From Octopus vulgaris (lineage: Eukaryota): a stretch of 64,000 nt of DNA. The notes beneath the pieces are model-generated. The model was given only the letters and a program-made list of their open reading frames with translations, was not told where the DNA came from and did no database searches. Both the position numbers and the translations under genes were made by a program. Shown in pieces: positions 11,686-24,476 of the stretch (its first letter is position 1; the number at the start of each line of letters is the position of its first letter). The stretch spans positions 75,702,001 to 75,766,000 of the forward strand of contig OX597825.1 of the NCBI GenBank assembly GCA_951406725.2, given 5' to 3'.

Positions 11686-11980
11686 GTGTATGATGCTCAG
11701 AAATAGAAGAAGCAGAAGTAATGCATCACCACTTCAAGATGTGGATGAAGATGGCTATATTCCTATGCAAAATAGTACTCCAGTTCATATCAGTGAACCC
11801 AGTCGAAGATTACCATCTTCACAGCCTAACTCTCTAGACGTTAATGAAGATACATATTGCACCATACCAGAACCATCCCATTTAGAGTTAATCTCTGAAG
11901 GTCCATATAAAAACAGTGATTCAAGAACAGGAAGGTCAGCTAGAATCCATGATAGTGAGGTATATGCAGAACCTTCATGA
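11686..11980 (+). CDS. Terminal coding exon: cytoplasmic tail of a single-pass membrane protein with tyrosine motifs
   Basis: Acceptor TTTTGTCTATTGCAG; basic juxtamembrane RNRRSR then DEDGYIPM, EDTYCTI, EGPYKN, SEVYAEP and stop TGA; non-repetitive, in phase with exon 3136-3178. Confidence 0.75.
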
Positions 11981-12155
11981 AAAGAACTCCTCAGCCTGTT
12001 GATAATCCTGAAACTAAGCAACCTTATTTACAACTAATCAAACATATGAAGATAAAATTTCAATATTTAGCAGTTGGGTGCTTTTTTTTTATTTCAGAAA
12101 CTATCTTACTTTTCAGTTAGTAATAATTAACTCCAAGAAAGTTTGAAAAATATAC

Positions 12156-12390
12156 CTATCTTTACTACCCACAAGGGGCTAAACACAGAGAGGACAAACA
12201 AGGACAGTCAAACGGATTAAGTAGGTTATATCGATCCCAGTGCGTAACTGGTACTTATTTAATCGACCTCGAAAGGATGAAAGGCAAAGTCGACCTCGGC
12301 GGAATTTGAACTCAGAACGTTTGCAGCAGATGAAATACCACTAAGCATTTCGCCCGGCGTGCTAACGATTCTGCCAGCTCTCCGCCTTCA
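12156..12390 (-). mobile_element. SINE family A, full length with a 14-bp TSD
   Basis: TTTGAAAAATATAC at 12142-12155 and 12392-12405; empty site visible in the duplicate at about 14320. Confidence 0.9.
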
Positions 12391-12519
12391 ATTTGAAAAA
12401 TATACAACTTAATGAATAATTTTAAAATAGTATATTGAATAATTCCTCATTATTTTTAACTTAAAAAGAATAAAAGCAATTTTTTAATAAAGTTTCCCAT
12501 TATAATAATAATAATAATA

Positions 12520-12589
<70 letters not shown>

Positions 12590-14105
12590 TTTATGGTTTC
12601 TTTCCATTATAACTTTATTTCAGCTACCTTAGTACCAGGCATCCTCTAGAGGCCAAGAGTAGCAAAGGCACTTTTGTTTTGCTATGCATGCTGAAATTAT
12701 CACCACGTTTATTCCATTTTAAATGGAGAGTGCTGTACCCATCAAAGTTATCTTTTGGAAATTGGAGTTGCCAGGAAGTTGCTTAATATACTTCTCAGCT
12801 CCCTTCTTTATCATTCCCAATGCACCAATTACTACTGGTATTATCATTGTACTCAGCTTCCACATTTTTGTGATTTCAATTTGCAGATCTTTATAGTGAG
12901 AAAGCTTTTCATATTCCTTTCTTGAGATATTTTGATCTTGTGGGACAGACATATCTATTAACAGACAAGTTCCTCTGTTGTAGTCCTTCATCACAATGTC
13001 TGGTCAATTGGAGTCAATTTCTCTGTCTGTTTGTATTGAGAAGTTCCAAAAGATAGTGATGCCCATGCCATTTACTACATCCTCAGAATGGTGCCTGTAC
13101 CACTTATCATGGGATTTAATTTTGTAGTATTTACAAGCATTCCAGTGGACGTACTGCCATAGTCCGTCATGTCTTATGAGATACTCCTTTTTAGCAATGA
13201 CTGGGCAACCAGAAACAATTGTCTCTGCGAACTTTCTGAAAATTCTGCATGAGATACAGATCCATCTTTAAGGATGTTTGCATGATAATTTCTGATAGGT
13301 AAGCCCTTATCTTGTGCTGCAATAACAAAACCTTCTGTTTCCCTTTCAGACCTGTCCCTTGTAGCCGTTGGTGTTAGGTTTTGATCAGTATCTGGCTTAG
13401 ACAAGCGGTTAGGGTATTTTCCATGCAGGAGTTTGCCTTTCCAGTTGTCTTCGATATTATTGATGCAATCCTTCTTTGTTTTTTGTTTGATGGTTTTTGC
13501 ATCAGTGATAGGTTTGTCAGTATTTGGATCTCATTGGTCTTTTTAATTATTAATTTCTAAATCAGGAGAAGCAATGGTAGGTCTGTCAGTATTTGGGTTT
13601 CTTTGGTCATTCTTATTGTTAACCCGTAGGCCAAGAGACTTTTTAAAATTTCTTACTAAGATTCATGACTGAAGCTTGCTTGGAATCTTCATGCTTCAGT
13701 GCAGTTCATAAGAGCACATCTCTTGTTGTATTAAGGTATGTTTCAATGCCTATCATTGCTGATTTAAAGGATAGTTTGAACTGTATCAGGTCCCTTCCAC
13801 CTATTTTTCTTGAGAGATAAATCCTGTTTACATCTGATTTTGGATGGTGCATTCAGTACCTTGTAAGGATTTTACAGATCTTTCCATCCATATTCTGCAT
13901 GTCAGTGAGACTTCACTTAATGATGCTGAAACTGTATGAGGTTACTGGTGTGGCCAAGGAATTGATAGCATTAATTCTGTTAGCAGCATTTAATTCTGAG
14001 TTTAGGACCATTCTTACCCTTCAGTAGCATTGCTTGTGGATCTTTTCTTTCATTTTAGTGTGCTGGATAGCATCACCTTCATTGGTTCCCAAATATTTGT
14101 ATACA
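12520..14105 (-). mobile_element. R4/Dong-type non-LTR retrotransposon (RLE endonuclease), 5'-truncated and decayed
   Basis: ETEGFVIAAQD, CLLIDMSVPQDQNISRKEYEKLSHYKDLQIEI, IPVVIGALG; 3' end in (TAC)n(TAA)n. Confidence 0.8.
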
Positions 14106-14106
14106 G

Positions 14107-14390
14107 AAAGGTCAGCTGGAATCCATGATAGTGAGTTATATGCGGAACCTACATAAAAAGAACTCCTCAGTCTGTTGATAATCCTGATACAAAGCAACCT
14201 TACTTACAACTAATCAAATATATATGAATATAAGATTTCAATATTTAGCAATTTGGTATATTTTTTTTATTTCAGAAACTATATCTTACTTTTCAGTCAG
14301 TAACATCAACTCCAAGAAAATTTGAAAAATATACCACATAATGAATAATTTGTAAATAGTATATTGAATAAATCCTCATTATTTTTAACT
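14107..14390 (+). repeat. Diverged direct duplicate of the end of the terminal exon and its 3' flank (11931-12462 without the SINE)
   Basis: AGGTCAGCTxGAATCCATGATAGTGAG..AAGAACTCCTCAG..TTTCAGAAACTAT..CCTCATTATTTTTAACTT shared. Confidence 0.9.
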
Positions 14391-14391
14391 T

Positions 14392-14413
14392 ATTGTTGTT
14401 GTTGTTGTTGTTA

Positions 14414-14457
<44 letters not shown>

Positions 14458-17045
14458 TTGGCTTTTGCTTTGTATTTGTACAAGTTGACTCTAAGTCTCA
14501 CCCAGAAACCTCAAGAGACAACAAGTTAGAAGTTCAAATTAGTGTTGACTAGAGTGCCATATATTGTTCTAGAGAATGTCTGTCAAAACATAAGTAAATT
14601 AGAAGTTTTCTTTAAAAGTAATTTGATTATAAGATGATAGTTTGATGTTAAGATGACAATAAAAGGTGTTTGTTGTTATGTATATTTAAAAGTATTTTGA
14701 CACTGTTTATGGATTAAAATATTTTGTGGATTACATAGACAATATTTTAAGTAGGATATGGAAGTTCTCATGAGCACTATTTTTTTAATTTTTAAAAGGT
14801 AAAACCAGTATATTGAGAGAATAGACCTCATTTACACTAAAGATCATAAAACCCAAATGCTGCTGCAGCATCATCATCATCATCATCATTATCATCATCA
14901 TCACCATCACCATCATCATCATCATCATCATCATCGCCACCGCTTCTATACATCTTTCAATTCTGTTTCCATTTCTTGATGACCATCTTCTGACACCTAG
15001 GGCATCGAAATGTACTGTATACATTGGGAAGCTATTAAAATAAACACACCAGATAGCTCACTTACAAAATCATGTGACAGAGAAAAAGAAGAAAGACAGA
15101 GAGAAAAAGGAAAAATAAAAAACTAAAACAGTAAACAAGAAAAAGGTGGGGGAAATTCACAGCAACATGCTCTTCTCAATACGTGTGATATACCAGTTAA
15201 GACAATCTTTTGCACCTCCTGCATGGATGGTAAGTCAGGGATCATTCTTAAATAATTTTCAGTTCCTTTGTTTGATCATTCCAAGTGCTCCTACAATCAC
15301 TGGTATTGTAACTAGCTTGAGATGCCACATCTTTTCAATCTCAATTAGCAAATCTTTATATTTTCTGAGCTTGCCAAATTCTTTTGTCAAGATATTATGG
15401 TGACAGGGTATGCTCATGTCAATCAATAAACAGACTTTATTGTTTTGGTATTTCACAACAATATCTGGTTTATTTGCTTTGATAGTCCAGTCTGTATATA
15501 CTGGAAAATCCCAAAGAATAGTCACATTTTCTCACTCAGTTATAGCCTCAGGGTGGCGCTTGTACCATTTGTCAGCAATTTTGATTTTATAATGCTGACA
15601 CATTCTCCAATGTAGATATTGGCCAACTCTGTCATGTCTTGATTTGTACTCTACAGGTGCTAAAACCTTACATCCTGAGATTAGGTGGTCCACTGTTTCA
15701 ATCATTTTATTGCGGGATCAGCACTTTGGATCTATCCCATTTTTCATCACATTGACTTGATAGTTCTGGGTCAATAAGCTTTAATCTTGGGCAGCCAAGA
15801 TAAAGCCTTCACTCTCTATCTTTAGCCTTGAGCTCCGTAGCCACTGATGGGTGTGCTTCTGGTCTACATCAGCTTGTTTGTTATGAGCCACATATTTGCC
15901 TTGCAGAGGTTTTTGTTCCCACCTATCAGCCAATTGTTCAAACACATTTTGCTTTGCTATTGATTTCACCTTCTTCGCAGCTACAGTTACTGTACTTCCA
16001 TTATACTGTTCAACCTGGGTATTATGCATAAACTCACTTGAAAAATTTTGCTCTCCTTAACAGAATGAAACTTCTTACATCTTGCATGGTTTTCAACTAG
16101 CTTTAACATCCAGTCGTTTGATGTTTCAAGATATTTTGCCAGTTCAATTGTTGTGGTTTTGTAGAAGATTTCAAATTGGATCAAGCCTCAATCTCCTTGA
16201 GTTCTGGGTAGGTAAAGATGATCTGCGTCTACCTTTGGGTGGTGCATCTTATTGTAAGTCAGCAGCTTACGTATTTTACAGTCAATCTTCCTTATTTCAC
16301 TCATATTCCAGTTAAACACATTGAAACTGTAAATAACAACTGGAATTGCTAAGGAATTTATAGCAAACACCTTGTTACATGCATTTAACTTGGATTTTAG
16401 GACTGCTCAAACTCTCCTGTAACACTCCTTCCTGATCTCTTTCATGCTTGCATGCTGAATGTCAGAGCTCTCATTTATTCCGAGGTATTTGTAAGTTCAT
16501 TCCTACTTGAGTTCTTTTATGACTGTGTCAACATCCAACACCACTGGATGAGAGGTCTTCAATTTTCTTTTCTGGAAAGTGGCCGTGACACATTTATGAA
16601 GACTAAATTCCATCCTGATGTCACCACTGAATGCTTTCACAGTATGTAGTAGTCCTTCAAACTCATTATCATCTTTGCCATAGAGTTTTAAGTCATCCAT
16701 ATAAAACAGATGACTTATATTCTTGTTGCCAACTTTATATCTATACCCTGTTCTGTTAAGTTCATTTGTTGTAAGGGTAGTAGGGCTATGTAAAAAATTA
16801 AAGATGAAAGCGAGTTACCTTGGAAAATACAGGAGTTGATATTAATATTTTTTGTGGTCAGTATTCCATTAGAGTGTCATAATTGGAGATTCATATTCCA
16901 CATTGACATGTACTTCAGGAAGTAAAAAATTAAAGGAGATGTTTTGAAGATATCAAGCGATTTCAAGATCCATGAATGTGGTATGCTGTCGAAGGCCTTT
17001 TTATAACCAATCCATGCAGAACTGAGATTACTGCATTTGTTAGGA
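14392..17045 (-). mobile_element. Second R4/Dong-type element (RT plus RLE), decayed, with an unrelated insert at about 14785-15240
   Basis: YMDDLKLYGK, AINSLAIPVVIYSF, MHHPK, ESEGFILAAQD, TILWDFPVYTD..ANKPDIVV..LLIDMSIP, VIVGALG; 3' (TAA)n. Confidence 0.85.
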
Positions 17046-17109
17046 CACTACTACTACTACTACAACTACTTTGTCTCTTCCTCCTCCTCCTCCTCCTCCT
17101 CTTCTTCTC

Positions 17110-18810
17110 CTAACATTCAGTCTTGTTTGTTCTGGTAGATTCTGTGAGAGCGTACAGCAGCCTGCCATCAGAGTTCTCTCGGGGTATCTTTCTGCACATT
17201 ATAACCTTTGATACTTGGTTGTTAATTATCATGGGAGACATTTAACATCCAAGTACCAATCTCAAAGTCCTAGCTGTCCCCAACAGGGCAGTTTTGGGGG
17301 CTTACTCTGCTTTCATGTCATTTCCAATTTCTTACACAAGCTTCTTCAACTTGGTTGTTAGTACTCTGAGTGCCCCTACAACTACTGGAATGACAGATAC
17401 TCTCTTCATAGTCCACATTCTTGCAATTTTGTCTTTTAGTACTCTGTACTTTTCAATCTTTTCTAGTTCTTTGTCACTAATGTGTGCATCTCCAGGTGTT
17501 GCAGTATCTATGATTTTGGTTTCCTCTTTACCTTTATCTATCACAACAATGTCTGGTTTCCCAAGCCTCGATTAGGGAGTCATATTGAATTGTAAAATCC
17601 CACAGTATCTTATGTTCCTTATTCTTGGTAACTCCTTCTGGTTCATGTTCATATCATTTTCGTGCTCTGTTCAGACTATACTTTTCATATAGCTTTCAGT
17701 GGATGAACTTAGCCTTGTTATCGTGCCTCCTTTTGTAGTGCTTTTGGGCCAGCTTGTTACACTCACCCACAATAAGCTCGATCTTTGTCCACCTAACAAC
17801 ACCTGTGCCATATCACATGTGTTCTTTGCCCTGATTTTGTTTTGCCATCAGTCTATTTCCCATAATTAATTTGGTTCTTCTGAGATATTCTCACCTAAAG
17901 TTTTCCTTCATGTCCTTTTCCTCGATTTTGTGGTATTCTATAATCCCCTCTTTGTATTATAAGCATACCACACATTTTAGACCAAATTCCAATTCTGATA
18001 TCCTTACTGAATATCTGCACTGTTGAAACTAGGCCATTTATTTCATGTTTGCTATTTCCAAAGATCTTTAAATCATCCATATATAACAGATGATTTAATT
18101 TTCCTCTACTTTTCAATTAGTACCCTGATGTCACCTTCTGTAGTATCTGTGTGAGGGGTATCATAAAAGTCCCGAACAGCAATGGTGATAGGCTATCTCC
18201 TTGAAATATGCCTCTCGTGACATTAACTGTTGGCAAAACTTTTCCACGTGAATTTAACTCTGTTTTTTCCAGCTTTTCATTGATCTCCTAATGAAATTTG
18301 ATGTGTTATCAGACACCTGTACTCTGTCATACACTTTCTTATAATCGATCCATGCCATGCTCAAATTAGTCTTTTTTTGCAGTCATTCAGTACCATTCTG
18401 TCTATCAGGAGTTGGTCTTTCGTCCTCCAGCTTTTTCTTCTGCACCCTTTCTTTTCCACTGGCAGTTTGCCATTCATTTCCATGAAGTTATACACGCAAC
18501 TAGATATTATTCCCGTCATCAACTTTCACATCAGAGGGCAGGCAGGCGATAGGCCAGTAATTATCCTCTGCATTGCCATTGCTTTTGCTGGGATCCTTGA
18601 CAAAAAATTGTTTTACCGGTGGTTAGCCAATTTGGGATTTGTACACCGTTTGTGATCGTTTTATCCATTTGCATGGCTATTCTTCTGTGTAGTGGTGGGA
18701 AAATTTTCAGCTAATGTCCTTGTACCCCATCCAGTCCTGGGCATTTCCAGTTTGGGATCTTTGTTGTCTGTTTGGTTACCATTTCAGTTGTTATTCTAAT
18801 ATTACTCATA
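17110..18810 (-). mobile_element. Third R4/Dong-type element, internally deleted
   Basis: LNHLLYMDDLKIFG, IIDTATPGD..KELEKIEKYR, VIPVVVGAL. Confidence 0.8.
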
Positions 18811-18814
18811 TTTT

Positions 18815-20034
18815 TCAGACCTTAATTTCCTGCTTGTTGAGATAAGCAGTAACAGCTAGATTGAATTTATGGGTGGCCCATCCAGTCAATGGTATTCTAC
18901 ACGAAATTGCTATAGATTTGTTCACTTCAGTGTTATCTCCAGTTATAGCTAAAACATTTTCTAAATTTTTGTCATAGACACTTAACACATACTCTATAAG
19001 TTCAAAATAATCAGAGGCAGTGAATGATGTTTCCCTTACCATTGGCGAAAATGCCAGGAAAAAGGTACAGTAATCATTTTGATAATTGCATGGTTAAGAT
19101 GGAAAAAGTCCAATGAAATGCATCAAACCCTTTGTCCAGCCATCGATTACCAACAAAAATTTACTTGAAAGTTCATCAGATATTTTCTTTTCCACTTCCT
19201 GAGTAAATCTCTCCATGTATTTCCTTAATGTCACATTTGTCATATTTCCCAAGTGTGTGTACTTACAAGTCAGTGGGTCTTCAGTAAAGGAAAATTCGAT
19301 GAAGATAGTTGTCTAGTTACTTCTGTAGTAGAATACTCTGGATGCTGGTTTTTTATATGATTCACAAGATTTGTCAATCCAGTTCCTTTTTTCTGGGTCA
19401 CCTTTTTCTCCACACTTGCATTTCCATACATGTTCACTGTCTATCTGGTTAAAATATTTTCTAATGATTTGTTCGTTTTCATGAAGCATGGGTTAGTTTA
19501 AAATAGAAGATATTTTGCCACCCCACTGATGAAAGTCTGATTCAGTTAATATGTTGGAATGGAATTCATGATACAACTGCATTGCAGGCAAGCTTATGAT
19601 TAAATGTGTGAATCATTCTTGGTAGTCAGAACCAAGAATCACTCAATAGTGATTATTTGACAACATACACAATAGCCGATTATCAAACATGACAGAATGT
19701 ATGAATTATTCTCAGCAGTCTTAACCAAGTGTCAACACCCGACAGCAGTTATTTGACAACATACACAATAGCCAATTCCCAAGCATGATAGAATGTGTGA
19801 ATTATTCTCAGCAGTCAGAACAGAGTGTCAACACAACACCTCAAATAATAATAGAACACTGTATTTGCCAATTGAATGTCAAATGAAGTATGAGCCATTT
19901 GAAAAACTTTCGCTGACAATGTTGCAATTAATTAATATAATAGCAATCAATTAATTGGCAGTATGACTTAAATCAATTAATTAGACGAATATATTACAAT
20001 TGATTTTTCATCAATTAATTTTTTACAACCTCTG
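18815..20034 (-). mobile_element. hAT transposon 5' part, decayed, with about 96-bp subterminal tandem repeats (about 19600-19835)
   Basis: AITGDNTEVN..ATHKFNLAV (CxxH-NL-like) motif; upstream WKCKCG BED-finger-like remnant; terminus CAGAGGTTGTAA. Confidence 0.65.
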
Positions 20035-21779
20035 GTGATGTGGTCACAGGAATTGTCTTACAACCATTACTGGGTTCTCCTGCTTGCATGGCATGGTGCA
20101 GAGTCCTTTTACCAGACATAGGGTCTTCCAGCAGCCACGCTCTTGACCCAGGGCAGCATTACATTCTCCAGGCCCTTGATATAACAGTGAAGCAACACAA
20201 TATAAAGCAATATTAACTCAGTAATAATTTCAATACACTGTTGAAACAGGTTTGGTATTTGAATTATAACAGCATGCAATTAATGTGATCAAAACACAGG
20301 TCAGACAATTATTATGAATAAACCAGCTGTAAATAAACATAAATTTTGAATGTTCAGATTCTTCATTCTTCACTACTGAAGATTACTATTTTGCTTCAGC
20401 TGTATTACATTATGGTATCATAAATATAAAATGATTTCTGTCTGAATAAAATTAATATATATTTTTTCCATCAATATATATAATTTATTATAACTATATT
20501 TCATATTTATTTTATGACTATCACTGATTAACATGCCCCTTTGTAGCTATTCTCACTATTTTACCATTTCAGTCTTCCATTTAATCATTGCAATTATTTT
20601 AATATCTATTCAACTATTCGATCTTATTTTATAACCAATCCTCCTTATATAATAAATCTTGCTTTAAGAAAATAAATCTAACGCACTTTCTCAGAACTTT
20701 ATTGTAATAGTATCATGGGTTTGGGATATAAGTGCTTTCTCCCAACTTCTTATCAAAGATTGCAATACCATTATTGATTACTAATGGGTCCTTGTCACTG
20801 CCACAATAATAGGAGGATTATAATTGACATATAATTATTTTGATTATACAAGTAACAATGCTCACTTGCTTCATATTAGGCATCCACTTACTTAATTGTA
20901 ACCTACTTATACAAATTATTCCCAATATATTAACATCAACTATGCATTTTAATTTCAATTTACGTAATCCTTTCAAACAAAAATAATATTGACTCATTAT
21001 TTTGAGAACGCATGTCCTAGCAGTTTGGGTGTTGCACACCTAAACTAGGAGGTGTATTGTTTTATTGAGCAAAACACTTCATCTCACATTGCTTTGCAAT
21101 CACTTCACCACCTGACATGTGGTATACTGTGCACTTGTTCAAGCAACGTCAATTTGATGGAGGGAGTGAGCTAATGTACGGCACATACATTCGATCACTA
21201 TAAAAGAAGTCATTTGTGAAGATCATTTGACAAAAGCTGAATGCTCACATGTTGTCTTTGATGGGAGAGTCCATCATTTCAAGGTTCCATACAGCATATA
21301 TAAAATTAAAAAATTTACAAATTTTTACAGTAACTATGTTGAACATGCAAACAACAATGTTAATATGTTAATACAAGTTAGCCACTTATGGTATACTAAA
21401 AGACATACACACCTCATTATCTTTAATTTTTGATAAAAAATTTTAAATGTTTGTCTAAATAATCCATTTCAAGAAAATTTCAAGTGGGCTGCAAGTTAAC
21501 AGTCTGTGGGCTGCAAGTTAACAGTCTGTGGGCTGCATGTGGCCTGTGGGTCTCAGGTTGGCCAGCCCTGCTTTAGGGGATACCAAACAACTTTTACAAT
21601 TTGTTACAACTTCTTTAACATGCAAACAAGTAAGGATTCCAACCTGCCAACACAAGTAATCCGTTCAGAGTAATGAAGGTTTTTATAAAAACAGTTTCAA
21701 TATCAGCTAGAATTTCTTATATTATTTTCCCAAACCCTTTAAAAGTGCTATTTAATTTATGGTTACACATAAGTATAAC

Positions 21780-22220
21780 CTGATAATGCTTATTAATTAG
21801 TTTGTCCTTGCATAAAATTATCTTTAGAGTCTCTTCCAGGTATAAGTTGCAAACATGGGACAGTGCATCATAGGGGTTTGTGTTTCTTAATACTAACTAC
21901 GTTGTTACAAATCTTATCCCTTTGTTTTTAAGTTTCCATGCAAAGTCTGTGAGTGAGGTGCATTGACTCTTGCAGTTACTGGTAAATGATGCAACTTGGT
22001 TCCTGAATCATTTTTTGAAGTGGTTGCTCATTGCACCTATGTATGCTCATTTATATATAATGTTCTTTCTTATTACAATCATTCCCAAGCAGTCATTCAT
22101 TTTTAGTTCTGAACCTGCCCTTTTCAATTTACTTCCCTTTTTTTTATTTTTCCCTTTAAATCTGGCCTTCTCTAATTTCTCTTGTATTTCGTCTTTTGTT
22201 CCTTTTTGTGAATTCTCCCT
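21780..22220 (-). mobile_element. Penelope-like GIY-YIG remnant
   Basis: Hand translation past the stop of ORF 22047-22310: NIIYK*AYIGAMSNHFKK*F..TSLTDFAWKLKNKG..PY..CNLYLEE..LINK. Confidence 0.65.
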
Positions 22221-22342
22221 CATATATATATATATGTATATATATATAATAGTAATATTAGGGAATAAATCCAAACTTAGGGGAAAAATTAGATTTAGGA
22301 TTAAATCCAATTTTATAGTATAAATATATTATATTATATTAA

Positions 22343-22524
22343 AAAAAGCACCCACTACACTCACAGAGTGGTTGGTGTTAGGAAGGGCATCCACCTGTAG
22401 AAACACTGCCAGATCAGACTGGAGCCTGGTGCAGCCTCCTGGCTTCCCAGACCTCGGTCAAACTGTCCAACCCGTGCTAGCACAGAAAACGGACGTTAAA
22501 CGATGATGATGATGATGATGATGA
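22343..22524 (+). mobile_element. RTE-type 3' end with (GAT)n tail
   Basis: AAAAAGCACCCACTACACTC..GGACGTTAAACGATGATGAT. Confidence 0.75.
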
Positions 22525-23320
22525 TTCTCCCTCTTTGTTTCTCTCTCACTTTCCCACTCTCTTACTTTTCTTTTCTCTCGGATTCTCCCTCGCTTTCTCT
22601 TACTCTCTATCTTTATCTCTCTCTCTCCCATTTATAAACAACAAAAGATCTTGAGTAAGTTGAGAAATAAAATATTTTGAAAGGTCAATCATAAATATCA
22701 GGCAGTGACAACGGAAAGGTCTGCTTCAAGGCAGACAGCAAAATACTAACATTTAAAAGGGACAGACGAACTTGCGAGCTGAATAAAAATAATAAAATAT
22801 TGGAAACCAAAGTTTGAGGGGATAGAATCTGAGGATAGTAGAGTCATCATGGCTGGCATTTCTTAATGACAGACAGCAATGTATTGACAGCTTAATGGCT
22901 GGCGTAAAATTCTTGAACTTGATGTAAAAGAAAATTCCTAAACACCAAGTTTTGAAATGATTCTTTCTCACGACAGCAGACTCACCATGGCAAGCATTCA
23001 AAACTTCTTCATCATGGAGGCCAACACATTGATGATTTAAAGGCTGGCGCAAATTTTTTAGCTTGATGTAACAGAGAATTCCTAAATACCCGCTCCTTTA
23101 AATTTTAATCCCCTTCAAGCCCCATTTAGACCTCTTTTCATGTTTTGGTTAATATAACCCAATTTCATTCGGGTCTACTCGGGCCACATTTTATAAGATG
23201 AGGAATTTTGTCCTAGAGGTCACGCCTTTCATTTGAGGAAAAAAATAGTTGCCATGCAAACTCGCCAGCACTTTTAACATAGGGGTGCATATTTTCAGCT
23301 CAACCAACCACATAATGCAC

Positions 23321-23359
<39 letters not shown>

Positions 23360-23392
23360 GCATTAAATATATATATGTACATATATACGCAT

Positions 23393-23427
<35 letters not shown>

Positions 23428-24279
23428 CTGCGTGTGTGTGTACGCAATATATATACAAATTATATATATATAAATACAGATATATACACTTTGTATATAT
23501 ACATTATATATACATATTTATATAAAGAACACGCACACAAACACACACATATATAAATTAACCCAATAAATATCTGATTCATAATATTTGTTCTCATGAT
23601 TTTGTGGTGGTCGTCGTGGCGACGATAATTCTCTTTATGAATGCAGACAGACTTAGAGAGAGAGAGAGAGATGGAGGAAGACAGGCAGACAATAGAATGC
23701 GATGGCGGCGAAGGAAAGAAAATAGATGCTGTGAAACGATGTTATAGATAGAATGTGAAAGGAATGCAGGAAAGAGAGTGAGTGATGGAGGAAGACAGAT
23801 ACATAAAAGAATGAGAGTAGACTTGTCAGAGTGCGTTTTTGTCCCTAACAACGACACATAACTTAGCCCACTCGCATCCTCACCTCATTTTACATGTCCC
23901 TGTAAATTTTGGAGTCAATCGACGGGATCTAGTGACCTTTAACCAGTCCTCAATACCAAAACCAGACAAACAAACAAACAAACTTTTCGCCTTTCATAAT
24001 TATAATATAGAGGATATATATATATACAGACACACATAAATAATATATTCTCGGTCAAATAACATAACATCTATTTATATGAGAACGATATTATTCTGAA
24101 AACAAACATGTTTAATAATTCTATTACATATATATATATATATTTGTGTGAGTATGTATATGAGGTGTATATGTGTGTATATGAGGTGTATATGTGTGTA
24201 TGCGCGCGTGTTTGTATATTGTGTCTGTGTGTGCGTGAATCTGATAGACTATATATAATTTACGATAGAAATTTGCAGT

Positions 24280-24401
24280 TTTATTTTGATTAGAATATCC
24301 GTATCTTCAGAAGAAAACCTTTCAATGCTGTCAGCCTGCCTTTAACGTCTCTGACTTCCATCCACTCCTATTCCCTTTGTCCTCTAATCCTTTCTCTCTC
24401 T

Positions 24402-24476
<75 letters not shown>

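Noticed and set aside
11981-12080. Shifted-frame continuation RTPQPVDNPETKQPYLQLI after the stop, resembling another Tyr motif
   Set aside because: Needs a frameshift, and the duplicate at about 14150 has a stop at the same codon; not supportable as coding
21485-21572. 22-bp tandem duplication GTGGGCTGCAAGTTAACAGTCT
   Set aside because: Looks like local slippage in a DNA-transposon terminus (GTTGGCCAGCCCTG); no sign of independent function
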